Source: Bacteroidales bacterium (GTDB lineage Bacteria > Bacteroidota > Bacteroidia > Bacteroidales > VadinHA17). Taken from it: a DNA stretch of 64,000 nucleotides. The first letter of the stretch is position 1; every line of letters starts with the position of its first letter. The stretch lies in contig JAOZPG010000005.1 of NCBI GenBank assembly GCA_029932855.1, positions 829 through 64,828 on the forward strand. The letters run 5' to 3'. Shown here in pieces: positions 36,101 through 44,429 of the stretch. The notes beneath the pieces are model-generated. The model ran no database searches and was not told where the DNA came from. It was given only the letters and a program-made list of their open reading frames with translations. The position numbers were made by a program, and so were the translations under genes.

Positions 36101-37675
36101 TATGCTGAATATTGAATTAAGTTCAAGAAAATGATCCGGCTCATTAGACTTTTTACTTCGTTTATTTATATCGATATAATCCTTGAGAATAGCTCTTATT
36201 GAATCAGGATCATCTGCCAGTACAGGCTTGCCGGAATTAATTACGTCAAAATAATGGCTGCCCTTTTTTAATGTAATATTATAACTATCCTCACTCAGGC
36301 CATAATAGCTGACAAATATCCTCTGGGCCTTATTTAAACCATTAGTTCTTACCGGTATCAACATAGAGTTATCATCAGAGAGCATGAAAACAAAGACACC
36401 AAAACCACCAAACATAATTCCTGTTTCAGTATTAAGTATCTCTATAATTTTCTGAATGCTAAAACCGGCATTTACTGCATTATTAAGCTTGTTGATAAGT
36501 GACAGGTCTTCAGCCTGGCTGCGAATCTTTTCCTCGTTCTTAAAACGTTGTGATATATCTCTGGCAAAACATGAAACACCTGTGATTTCCTTGTTATCCG
36601 AGTAAACAGGGTTAAGCCTAACCTCATATATTGTCATACCCTTCTCTGAAAGATATGACTGTTCAAATGAATAACCAGTCCCTTTAAAGCATTCATCGTA
36701 ATGTTTTTTCCATACTTCCTGCTCATGAGCAGGAAGAAAATCAATAAGGATACTTCCGTTTTCTAATCTTTTACTGTAATGGGCATATAAAAATTCCTGA
36801 AATGACTGATTTGCATAGATGAGCCTGTATTCCCTGTCAAGTGACCAGAATATGTCCTTTGTATTCTCCATGATTGAAATCATCTCTCCCTCTCCCCTGG
36901 CAATCTTGTCCTCCATTTTTTTCTCTTTGGTAATATCAACTGTTTTTACAATGACATTAATTACCTCTCCTTCTTTATTTATAAACGGAAAATAGCTTAC
37001 CCTGAAATACCTGAGTCCCATGCTTGGTGTTTCAAACCATGCTTCATACTGAATCTCCTCGTTGGAAAAGCAAGCATCCAGCTTTGGTTTAATAAATTCT
37101 TTAAACTTCTTTTCACCCCATATATCTGAAAGCTTCCTGCCAAGTATTTCTTTCTTGTCGAGATTATGAGCATCCCTGAATGAATCATTAACAGCTTTGT
37201 AAGAATAATCCTTATCGATCAGGCTAATAAGGGAATGAGAAGTATTAAGTATAAAGTCATACTTACCCAGCATATTCTCTGCTTCCCCCGGGATTATGGT
37301 ATGCCTCTCCTTCTTTACACTGTTTTGTATGGCAGGGATAAGCCTCTCCGGTCTTGTCTTTATTACCACGTCAGAAGCACCGTAGCGCATGGCTTTAACG
37401 ATCTTACTCTCATCTGCCTTTTCAAATAAAACAATTCCGGGAATGGATGTTTTTTCATTCATCAAGAGACTAAGGCTGTCTTCAATACTCATTGATACAA
37501 GAGAATCATCAATAAGTACCAGCTCCCATTCCTTATCATTCAATGCCTTACGGAAACTCAGCTTCCTGTCTACAATCTTATAACTGAAATCAAGGGATTT
37601 TGATTTCATATAAGCGATCACTTCATCCAGTCCTTCCGATCTTATTGCGGAAATAAGTATATTCAGTTTCTTCAT
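33164..37675 (-). CDS. 1503-aa multi-PAS/GAF sensor histidine kinase with an N-terminal receiver-like domain
   Basis: C-terminal H-box AHDFNNIIG and HATPase motifs (NLLNNA, DDGPGI, GTGLGLAVVHG). Repeated PAS-like units and two GAF-like blocks. The N-terminal ~120 aa are receiver-like (LVLIDDSL, VVIK). Confidence 0.85.
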   Translation of the reverse strand: MKKLNILISAIRSEGLDEVIAYMKSKSLDFSYKIVDRKLSFRKALNDKEWELVLIDDSLVSMSIEDSLSLLMNEKTSIPGIVLFEKADESKIVKAMRYGASDVVIKTRPERLIPAIQNSVKKERHTIIPGEAENMLGKYDFILNTSHSLISLIDKDYSYKAVNDSFRDAHNLDKKEILGRKLSDIWGEKKFKEFIKPKLDACFSNEEIQYEAWFETPSMGLRYFRVSYFPFINKEGEVINVIVKTVDITKEKKMEDKIARGEGEMISIMENTKDIFWSLDREYRLIYANQSFQEFLYAHYSKRLENGSILIDFLPAHEQEVWKKHYDECFKGTGYSFEQSYLSEKGMTIYEVRLNPVYSDNKEITGVSCFARDISQRFKNEEKIRSQAEDLSLINKLNNAVNAGFSIQKIIEILNTETGIMFGGFGVFVFMLSDDNSMLIPVRTNGLNKAQRIFVSYYGLSEDSYNITLKKGSHYFDVINSGKPVLADDPDSIRAILKDYIDINKRSKKSNEPDHFLELNSIFSIPLISGNKILGVFNIARKTYFSGSELSRLRAIAEQLSSILKRKIDEDRVVQSENKFRNIFEDANDSIFILKDNIFVDCNAKTLELFRCKKEEIIGKTPVDYSPEFQFDGRRSEEKAKGMLDMAYRGKSARFEWLHKKKDGTEFYTDVSLTTMFFNNEIFLQAIVRDITIRKESEKLLVESEERFRAVFEDAVDAIFLIDPGSGKVVDINNTAVKLLNKPREQIITAHFSVNHPSEQVKRLENIFSGKSEDKPENILDVIYILPKGQEKIPVEVQAKKISISGRELIQASFWDISEKIKAQVAQKETEVKFETLFMQGHFAMLLEDGDGELIQVNKAFEKLFGYKRRELTKAVIYSLTHPADLERSKEYMTRMKNGEIDSFNMVKRYINKKGEDIWGHTGCTVIKDSNNSITNVIIMIVDISQQKKIEKQNIERTEDLSLINKLNLYANKNFGLESILNYFSMQIYSLFRGYSFRLLLWDSRKKEFRFRYFYIPKNTSPELKNLILLKRDQTPLREENSKFFYKMFSKKTPWLVDSRTGILRMIKDVMNTGSNQKEAEKINKLLNIKSIINFPLYIGEEILGHAICISPQKADESKLNRLSNIIYQFTGILKRKLVEEEELKLFTVMEQLNETVVITNTQGEIQYANMACEKSSGYSRSEAIGKTPSMFKSGKQSNEFYNVLWSTINAGDSWSGNIINKKKDGSLYTERVNITPVKDESGVISNFVAVKRDITRESMLEFQLRQSQKLETVGTLAGGIAHDFNNIIGTLLGYNEMILEDVPETSTAAEYLGHMARTMNRAKTLVNKMLAFSKNMEAESRLVDLENVLEEALGLFKPSISSNIKISRKQCKKCKPVMADPSQMQQVFMNLLNNAAQALSDNGGKIEISMRLLENPLDLYEDHPGLVKTDYIEFIIKDDGPGIQEKVMERIFEPFFTTKEVGEGTGLGLAVVHGIVSGHNGIIDVDSAPGKGTIFKVYIPAF

Positions 37676-37755
37676 AATAATTTCTGGTTGTTGAGTTTAT
37701 TATCTGTATCAGCAGCATATAAGAACATGAAAATAATTAAAATCCTTCATACTCA

Positions 37756-38571
37756 CTACTCTATTTGTTTACTTATCCTGTTAAGGTCTTTTTTCAGGCT
37801 GATCACCATATTCAACAGATGGTCTTCAGGAAGCACAGGATCAGGAAGTTCGTTGCTGATATAATGAACAAACTTCCACACTTCTTTTACCTGACCCACT
37901 TCCACATCATAAGGCTCATATACCGGATTAAGCGAATACAATCCCAATTTATGCTCTTCCTTTATCCTGTTCTCTGCAATTTTAAAAACTATGCCTTCAT
38001 CAAGAGTAAGTATTATATAAGCCTGTCCGCTAAGCATTCCTGTCCAGTCCTGCAAATACTCACCTGTTACCCAGGCACCGTCGGGTATAGGAAGCATGGA
38101 ATCTCCGTTTAACTGGAAGGTCCTGTATTTCTTTTCCTTTGAAAGAAAAGGCAAATGAAACAAGGGCAGGTCTTTTATATATTCAGGATCGGCAAAACCA
38201 TTTTTATAACCGGCCTTAGCCTTAAGCGGAACCAACTCAATGTTTTCATTATTTTCCTGGTTAACCGTTGTTGCCAATACCCGGAGCTGGCTGCCCCTGA
38301 TATATACATCACTCCCGTTCTCGAGCTGGTATAGCTGGCTCTCTGTCAGTGCAGACAGATCAACAGTTATAAGGGTATCCACCGCAATCTTATAATAAGC
38401 TGCCAGAGATACAAGGATGTCCATTCCGGGCTCCGAAACAGCATTCTCGTAACCGCTTAAAGTAGATCTTTTCATTCCCAGCGAAAAGGCTGACTCATCC
38501 TGTGTGCGCCCTGCCCTCTTTCTCAGGAATTTAAGATTTGACGCCAGGTAAAAACTTCTTTTTGTTTCCAT
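37756..38571 (-). CDS. cI-like HTH + S24 peptidase repressor (non-canonical LexA-type)
   Basis: N-terminal XRE/cI HTH (RKRAGRTQDESAFSLGMKRSTLSGYENA), candidate Ala-Gly cleavage site (KAKAGY), catalytic GDSM serine and a downstream Lys (GIVFKIA). Confidence 0.75.
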   Translation of the reverse strand: METKRSFYLASNLKFLRKRAGRTQDESAFSLGMKRSTLSGYENAVSEPGMDILVSLAAYYKIAVDTLITVDLSALTESQLYQLENGSDVYIRGSQLRVLATTVNQENNENIELVPLKAKAGYKNGFADPEYIKDLPLFHLPFLSKEKKYRTFQLNGDSMLPIPDGAWVTGEYLQDWTGMLSGQAYIILTLDEGIVFKIAENRIKEEHKLGLYSLNPVYEPYDVEVGQVKEVWKFVHYISNELPDPVLPEDHLLNMVISLKKDLNRISKQIE

Positions 38572-38630
38572 ATACAGAATAATTATTATAAAAAATCAAA
38601 GCATACAAAGTTTGCTTGTTTCTTAATGAT

Positions 38631-38647
38631 TGATTATATTATAATCA
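38631..38647. promoter_or_regulatory. palindrome TGATTATATTATAATCA (TGATTA-N5-TAATCA), candidate operator 1
   Basis: Perfect 8-1-8 palindrome in the divergent repressor/dinB control region. Confidence 0.4.
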
Positions 38648-38652
38648 GTATT

Positions 38653-38671
38653 TTGATTAATATCTAATCAA
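38653..38671. promoter_or_regulatory. palindrome TTGATTAATATCTAATCAA (TGATTA-N5-TAATCA), candidate operator 2
   Basis: Perfect 7-5-7 palindrome with the same half-sites as operator 1. Centres are about 23 bp apart. Confidence 0.4.
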
Positions 38672-38781
38672 ATATATACTTAATAATCATAAATAACAAA
38701 TTCCGGCTGCATCTTCCCGGCACAGATATACGGGAAGGGAGACAGCAGGCAGGACTTACAGACAAAATACCGGTAAAAGAT

Positions 38782-40029
38782 ATGAGGGATAACAAGAGAC
38801 AGATAATACATTTCGACCTGGATAGCTTTTTCGTATCTGCAGAACGCCTGCAAAACAGCAAGTTAGTGGCTAAGCCCGTACTTATAGGGGGCACGTCCGA
38901 CCGGGGGGTAGTATCAAGCTGCAGTTATGAGGCACGTAGATTCGGTGTACACTCGGCAATGCCCATGAAAATGGCACGCAGGCTCTGTCCTGACGCAATT
39001 ATTATAAGGGGAGACATGGAGCTCTACAGCAAATATTCCAATATGGTTACAGACATCATTGCAGAAAAAGCCCCCCTCTACGAAAAAGCATCCATAGATG
39101 AGCATTATATTGATATTAGCGGCATGGATCACTTTTTTAACTCTTTAAAATGGACCCGTGAGCTGCGCAGCAGCATAATAAAAAATACGGGACTACCTGT
39201 ATCCTTCGGGCTGTCGGTAAACAAGACCGTATCCAAGATCGCTACAGGGGAAGCCAAACCCAATGGCGAACTGGAGGTACCTCCCGGACTGGAAAAATAC
39301 TTCCTCTCCCCTCTTTCCATCAGCAAGATACCAATGCTGGGACATAAAAGCTACAGGCTGCTGCGCTCTTTGGGACTGACAAACATACACAGCCTCAGCA
39401 TGCTTCCTGTAGAAATAATGGAAAGGCTGATGGGCAAAAACGGTATTGCAATATGGAAAAAGGCAAACGGCATAGATAACAGTCCCGTAATACATTACCA
39501 TGAAAGAAAATCAATAAGCACGGAAAAAACCTTCGACAAAGACAGTACGGATATAAAAAGACTTAATGAGATACTGGTAAGCATGATTGAGAAAGTGTCA
39601 TTCCGGCTAAGGAAACAACAAAAGCTGACTTCATGCATTACAGTCAAGATCCGTTATTCAAACTTCGATACCCACAGCATACAAAAGCGCATTCCTTATA
39701 CTTCATTCGACCATGTGCTTATAGAAACTGCAAAAGAGCTATTCAAAAAGCTATACTCGAGAAGAATGCTTATACGGCTTATAGGTGTAAGGCTCAGCCA
39801 CCTGGTACAGGGAGTACAGCAACTCGATCTTTTCGAAGACAGGCCCGAAATGGCAAAGCTGTATATGTCTATGGATCATATTCGCAAACGTTACGGGAAA
39901 GATGCAGTAAAAAGAGCTGTCGGAGTCAGGGATATGCAAAGCCCATCTCCGCATAATGGCAGTAAAGAAAAACATGACCCCGGGGAATGCTTTGAGAACA
40001 GGGTTTTAAAGGGCAGTATATATCACTGA
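38782..40029 (+). CDS. dinB: Y-family DNA polymerase IV
   Basis: IIHFDLDSFFVSAE, SIDEHYIDIS and SVNKTVSKIA(T)... motifs with the catalytic acidic residues present. Confidence 0.85.
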   Translation: MRDNKRQIIHFDLDSFFVSAERLQNSKLVAKPVLIGGTSDRGVVSSCSYEARRFGVHSAMPMKMARRLCPDAIIIRGDMELYSKYSNMVTDIIAEKAPLYEKASIDEHYIDISGMDHFFNSLKWTRELRSSIIKNTGLPVSFGLSVNKTVSKIATGEAKPNGELEVPPGLEKYFLSPLSISKIPMLGHKSYRLLRSLGLTNIHSLSMLPVEIMERLMGKNGIAIWKKANGIDNSPVIHYHERKSISTEKTFDKDSTDIKRLNEILVSMIEKVSFRLRKQQKLTSCITVKIRYSNFDTHSIQKRIPYTSFDHVLIETAKELFKKLYSRRMLIRLIGVRLSHLVQGVQQLDLFEDRPEMAKLYMSMDHIRKRYGKDAVKRAVGVRDMQSPSPHNGSKEKHDPGECFENRVLKGSIYH

Positions 40030-40031
40030 AC

Positions 40032-42992
40032 ATGTACCTCAACACCCATACATATTACAGCCTGCGCTACGGCACCATGTCGCCGGCCAGGCTTGTTGCA
40101 AAAGCACAGGCAAAAGGAATAGAGCTGATGGCCCTTACAGATATAAATACCTCCATGGGCATACCCTCTTTTGTAAGGGAATGTGAAAAGGCCGGCATAA
40201 AACCCCTTGCAGGAATAGAGTTCAGGAATGGAGACAAGCTGCTATTCATAGCTATTGCAAAGAACAATGAAGGTTTAGGGGAGCTTAACGGCTTCCTCAG
40301 CTACCACAATATAAACAAAAAACAAAAACCCTCCCTTGCCCCCCTGTTTAATAATGCCTTTGTTATTTATCCCTTAAACGGCAAACAAGCAAGACAGGCA
40401 GGCAGGAAACTCAGGGATAATGAATTTATTGGTATAAGCCCCAATGAGCTTAGCCGGCTCCCCCTGTCTGAGTTCAGCCATGATCAGTCAAAACTGCTTG
40501 CCCTGCATACTGTAAGCTTTTGCAATGAAAAAGGATATCTGCTACACAGGCACCTGAGAGCCATAGACCACAATATACTTCTAAGCCGGCTCAAACCCCA
40601 CATGCTTGCGGCAAGCAATGAAATTTTCCTCAGCAGGAATGAACTAATGGCTCTCTATTCATCTTATCCCCGCATAATAGAAAACACGGAAAAACTGCTA
40701 AACGAATGTTCAATAAGTTTTGTGCCCGGGGAAGCCAGGAACAAGAAACACTTCACCGGCAACAGGGATGACGACAGGCTGCTGCTGGAAAAACTGGCAA
40801 TGGAGGGAATGGTTTACAGATATGGCAGGAATAATACCGAAGCAGAAAAAAGGCTGAGGCATGAGCTTGATATAATCAACAAGATGGGTTTTTCTTCCTA
40901 TTTTCTTATTACATGGGATATAATCAGCTACTCTATGTCACGGGGCTTCTACCATGTGGGCCGTGGCAGCGGTGCCAGTTCTGTAGTGGCATACTGCCTG
41001 AAAATAACGGATGTAGACCCTATTGAGCTCAATCTCTACTTCGAGCGTTTCATAAACCCCGGGCGTACAAACCCTCCCGATTTCGACATAGACTACTCGT
41101 GGAAAGAACGTGATGAGGTGCTTGATTATATCTTTAAGCGCTACGGGCATGAACACACAGCCCTGCTGGGTAGCATGTCCACCTTCAGGGGAAGATCCAT
41201 AATCCGTGAACTTGGAAAGGTTTACGGCCTTCCAAAGGAAGAAATAGATTCACTTATCAGAAATCCCTTACATGGATCAAACAGGAGTACTATAAGCGAC
41301 CGCATTTTTGAGACAGGCCTGATGATGACAGGCTTCCCCAACCAGAGAAGCATACATGCAGGCGGTGTGCTTATCTCAGAAAAACCATTAAGCTCTTATA
41401 CTGTCCTTGATATGCCTCCAAAGGGATTCCGGACCACCCACTGGGACATGTACATAGCAGAGGATATGGGATTTGAGAAGTTCGATATCCTGAGCCAGAG
41501 AGGAATAGGCCATATAAAGGAGGCTGCTGAAATAGTGGAGAGAAACAGGAAAATAAAAATTGATGTTCATGCCATACAGGATTTTAAAAAAGATGTTAAG
41601 ATCAGGCACTTGCTAAGCTCAGGGAAAACCACGGGCTGCTTTTATATTGAAAGTCCCGCAATGCGCGGGCTTATCAGGAAGCTAAGCTGCGATAACTACC
41701 CGGGACTGGTGGCAGCGAGCTCAATAATACGGCCCGGGGTAGCCCGCTCGGGTATGATGAGGGAATATATTAAACGCTTCCATGATCCTGCAAACATAAA
41801 TTACCTGCACCCTGTAATGAAGGAGCAGCTTAATGAAACCTTCGGGCTAATGGTTTACCAGGAAGATGTGCTGAAGCTATGCCATCATTTTGCAGGTCTC
41901 GGACTTACAGAGGCAGATGTACTGCGCAGAGCCATGAGCGGGAAACACCGCTCCGGGGAAGAGTTCAGGAAAATAGAGAACAAGTTTTTCAGCAACTGCA
42001 GAGAAAAAGGCTACCCCGACAAGCTTACAAAAGAAGTATGGAGACAGGTAGAATCTTTTGCAGGCTATTCATTCTCCAAGGCCCATTCCGCATCCTATGC
42101 TGTTGAAAGCTACCAGAGCCTTTTTCTTAAAGCTCACTACCCTCTTGAATTTATGGTTGCAGTCATAAATAATTTCGGGGGCTTTTACCGTACATGGGTA
42201 TATATCAATGAAGCAAGAAAATACGGGGCAATTATCAGGAGCCCCTGTGTAAACAGGAGCGGTTATAAGACCAGCCTGCAGGATGGAAACAATATTTACC
42301 TCGGATTTGTACATATACAGAATCTTGAGCATAAGCTGAGCCTCAGGCTCATAGCAGAGCGGCAGAGGGCGGGGGACTACAAAAGCCTCGAAGACTTCAC
42401 CCGGCGTCTTACACCCGGTATTAAACAATTACTGATACTCATTAGTGCCGGGGCATTCGGCTTCAGCGGAAAAACAAAGAAAGAATTGCTGTGGCAGGCA
42501 CATATGCTGCTTAACCGGCCAACAAAAAAGCAGCTGATGCCCCTGTCGCTGTTCAATGATGCGGCACCAGAATACAAACTGCCGTCATTTACTCACAGTC
42601 GCAAGGAAGATGCCTTTGACGAAATAGAACTGCTTGGCTTTCCTGTCAGCTTGTCGTGGTTCGACCTGCTTAAAACCGGCTTCCGCGGACAGGTAAAGGC
42701 CTGTGACATAAGGCAGCTGACAGGAAAAACAGTGAAGATGGTGGGACTGCTGGTGACCATCAAGTATATTAAAACAAAGAAGGGAGAATGGATGCACTTC
42801 GGCACTTTTCATGACAGCGAGGGTAATTTCTTCGACACCGTGCATTTTTCTCAAAGCCTTAAGAAGTATCCTTTCCGTGGAAGCGGTCTCTACCTTATCA
42901 TGGGTAAGGTGGTACAGGAGTTCGGCGTTCACAGCATAGAGGTGGAGAAGCTGGCAAAACTGCCACTAATAAGCGATCCGCGATACGGATAG
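40032..42992 (+). CDS. dnaE2: error-prone DNA polymerase III alpha paralog (DnaE2-like)
   Basis: PHP N-terminus (HTHYSLRYG), GRGSGASSVVAYCLKITDVDP and PDFDIDYS palm motifs. 986 aa, shorter than replicative DnaE. Starts 2 nt after the dinB stop. Confidence 0.85.
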   Translation: MYLNTHTYYSLRYGTMSPARLVAKAQAKGIELMALTDINTSMGIPSFVRECEKAGIKPLAGIEFRNGDKLLFIAIAKNNEGLGELNGFLSYHNINKKQKPSLAPLFNNAFVIYPLNGKQARQAGRKLRDNEFIGISPNELSRLPLSEFSHDQSKLLALHTVSFCNEKGYLLHRHLRAIDHNILLSRLKPHMLAASNEIFLSRNELMALYSSYPRIIENTEKLLNECSISFVPGEARNKKHFTGNRDDDRLLLEKLAMEGMVYRYGRNNTEAEKRLRHELDIINKMGFSSYFLITWDIISYSMSRGFYHVGRGSGASSVVAYCLKITDVDPIELNLYFERFINPGRTNPPDFDIDYSWKERDEVLDYIFKRYGHEHTALLGSMSTFRGRSIIRELGKVYGLPKEEIDSLIRNPLHGSNRSTISDRIFETGLMMTGFPNQRSIHAGGVLISEKPLSSYTVLDMPPKGFRTTHWDMYIAEDMGFEKFDILSQRGIGHIKEAAEIVERNRKIKIDVHAIQDFKKDVKIRHLLSSGKTTGCFYIESPAMRGLIRKLSCDNYPGLVAASSIIRPGVARSGMMREYIKRFHDPANINYLHPVMKEQLNETFGLMVYQEDVLKLCHHFAGLGLTEADVLRRAMSGKHRSGEEFRKIENKFFSNCREKGYPDKLTKEVWRQVESFAGYSFSKAHSASYAVESYQSLFLKAHYPLEFMVAVINNFGGFYRTWVYINEARKYGAIIRSPCVNRSGYKTSLQDGNNIYLGFVHIQNLEHKLSLRLIAERQRAGDYKSLEDFTRRLTPGIKQLLILISAGAFGFSGKTKKELLWQAHMLLNRPTKKQLMPLSLFNDAAPEYKLPSFTHSRKEDAFDEIELLGFPVSLSWFDLLKTGFRGQVKACDIRQLTGKTVKMVGLLVTIKYIKTKKGEWMHFGTFHDSEGNFFDTVHFSQSLKKYPFRGSGLYLIMGKVVQEFGVHSIEVEKLAKLPLISDPRYG

Positions 42993-43014
42993 TAATTCAC
43001 AAGGCCTGTGCTTT

Positions 43015-43677
43015 CTATCTTCTGTAAATAGAGTTATCAGACAGGTATTTCATTTTCTTAAAGCCGGTGAACCATAGAAAAACAAGGAAAGGAATAAAAA
43101 TCAACAATAATAAATATCGTTCCGACATCAGGCAGAAGTCATAGAAAGCATGAAACATCCATGGATAGATAAAAGCAAGCAGGAGGTACCATGCTCTTGG
43201 TTTTGGGAAAAACTTTGCCAGTCCCAGGTAATAGCCCATTGTTACACCGAAAAGAGCATGTGCGGGAACTGCTGTCAATGCCCTGCTCAATCCCAGCTCT
43301 GCACCGGCATTCAATACATAAAGCACATTCTCGACAGCTGCAAAGCCAAGAGAGATAAAAACTGCATAAACAATCCCGTCAAATTTCTCATTAAAGTTCC
43401 TGTTGCCCCATATAAATAAGATAAAAGCAAGATATTTAAAACCCTCTTCACTTAAAGATGCTACTACAAAAGCATTATATGCGGCCGATTGCATTTGTCC
43501 GGCAGGAAGAAATACTGACAATGCCCTTTCTAAAAATATTACAGGTAATGTGATAAGACTCCCCAGCAGCAGTGCCCGGAGAAGCATCTTCCATGGCTCC
43601 TTCTCATATTTATCCCGGTAGTAAACGTAGATAATTATTATAAGTACAGGGGCAAGTGATATGACAAGTAGATTCAT
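43015..43677 (-). CDS. PrsW family intramembrane protease
   Basis: Polytopic. Has the SEEGFKY (EExxK) and HALFG motifs of PrsW. Confidence 0.7.
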   Translation of the reverse strand: MNLLVISLAPVLIIIIYVYYRDKYEKEPWKMLLRALLLGSLITLPVIFLERALSVFLPAGQMQSAAYNAFVVASLSEEGFKYLAFILFIWGNRNFNEKFDGIVYAVFISLGFAAVENVLYVLNAGAELGLSRALTAVPAHALFGVTMGYYLGLAKFFPKPRAWYLLLAFIYPWMFHAFYDFCLMSERYLLLLIFIPFLVFLWFTGFKKMKYLSDNSIYRR

Positions 43678-43689
43678 CAGGTAATGATC

Positions 43690-44346
43690 TTACCTCCATG
43701 AAGAATTTGGAAAGAAGGGCTCAGCACCAAAATAAGGCGAATGATAATTATTCATATACCAGGGATTTCCCCTTGTAGTACTGAAATTGATACCCAGCCG
43801 TACAGCATCACTCAGCCTGTAATCGACTGATAACGACAGGCTTTCATAACTCCTGTCGAAGATGGTATTCCTGAGATAGTCAGGAGTCTGGTCAACACTC
43901 TTTACAAGGCTACCCGAAATTGCCAGGTCGCTATTCACAAACCAGGTACCTGAAGCATAGGCACTTATAGTATACCACGAAGAATAATTATCAGATTCCG
44001 TCACAGGAAAGAACTTACTTCCCTTCATAAAATTGTTTGAAAATACCATGCCTGCACTTAAAACAAGATTGTCCGATGCCCTGTAGCTGATTGCAGGAGA
44101 CAACCATGACTGCATTGAGTTACCAAACAATCCTCCGGTGCTAAAGCTTGTACCAACACTCATATTGTATCTTATCCGGGGCTGATCTGATGCGGGATTC
44201 CTGACACTTTCCAGTGAATCGGCATAATATTTCTCCGGTCCCGGGGCCGGCATGTTATAAGCACCTGGATAATTCAAATATTCCTGTCCCCGGGCACTTA
44301 AGGAAAATATAAGCAGGATTAATATTGTAAAGACTGAATTTCTCAT
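43690..44346 (-). CDS. secreted hypothetical protein, outer-membrane beta-barrel-like
   Basis: Signal peptide MRNSVFTILILLIFSLSARGQ. Ser/Tyr/Asn-rich alternating strands. No motif recognised. Confidence 0.4.
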   Translation of the reverse strand: MRNSVFTILILLIFSLSARGQEYLNYPGAYNMPAPGPEKYYADSLESVRNPASDQPRIRYNMSVGTSFSTGGLFGNSMQSWLSPAISYRASDNLVLSAGMVFSNNFMKGSKFFPVTESDNYSSWYTISAYASGTWFVNSDLAISGSLVKSVDQTPDYLRNTIFDRSYESLSLSVDYRLSDAVRLGINFSTTRGNPWYMNNYHSPYFGAEPFFPNSSWR

Positions 44347-44429
44347 TGAAATAATTATGCAGAACTCCTGTAACAAAAAACATACCGAAATTAACAATTT
44401 TCCTTAAGCCGTCAAAATAACTAAAAGCA

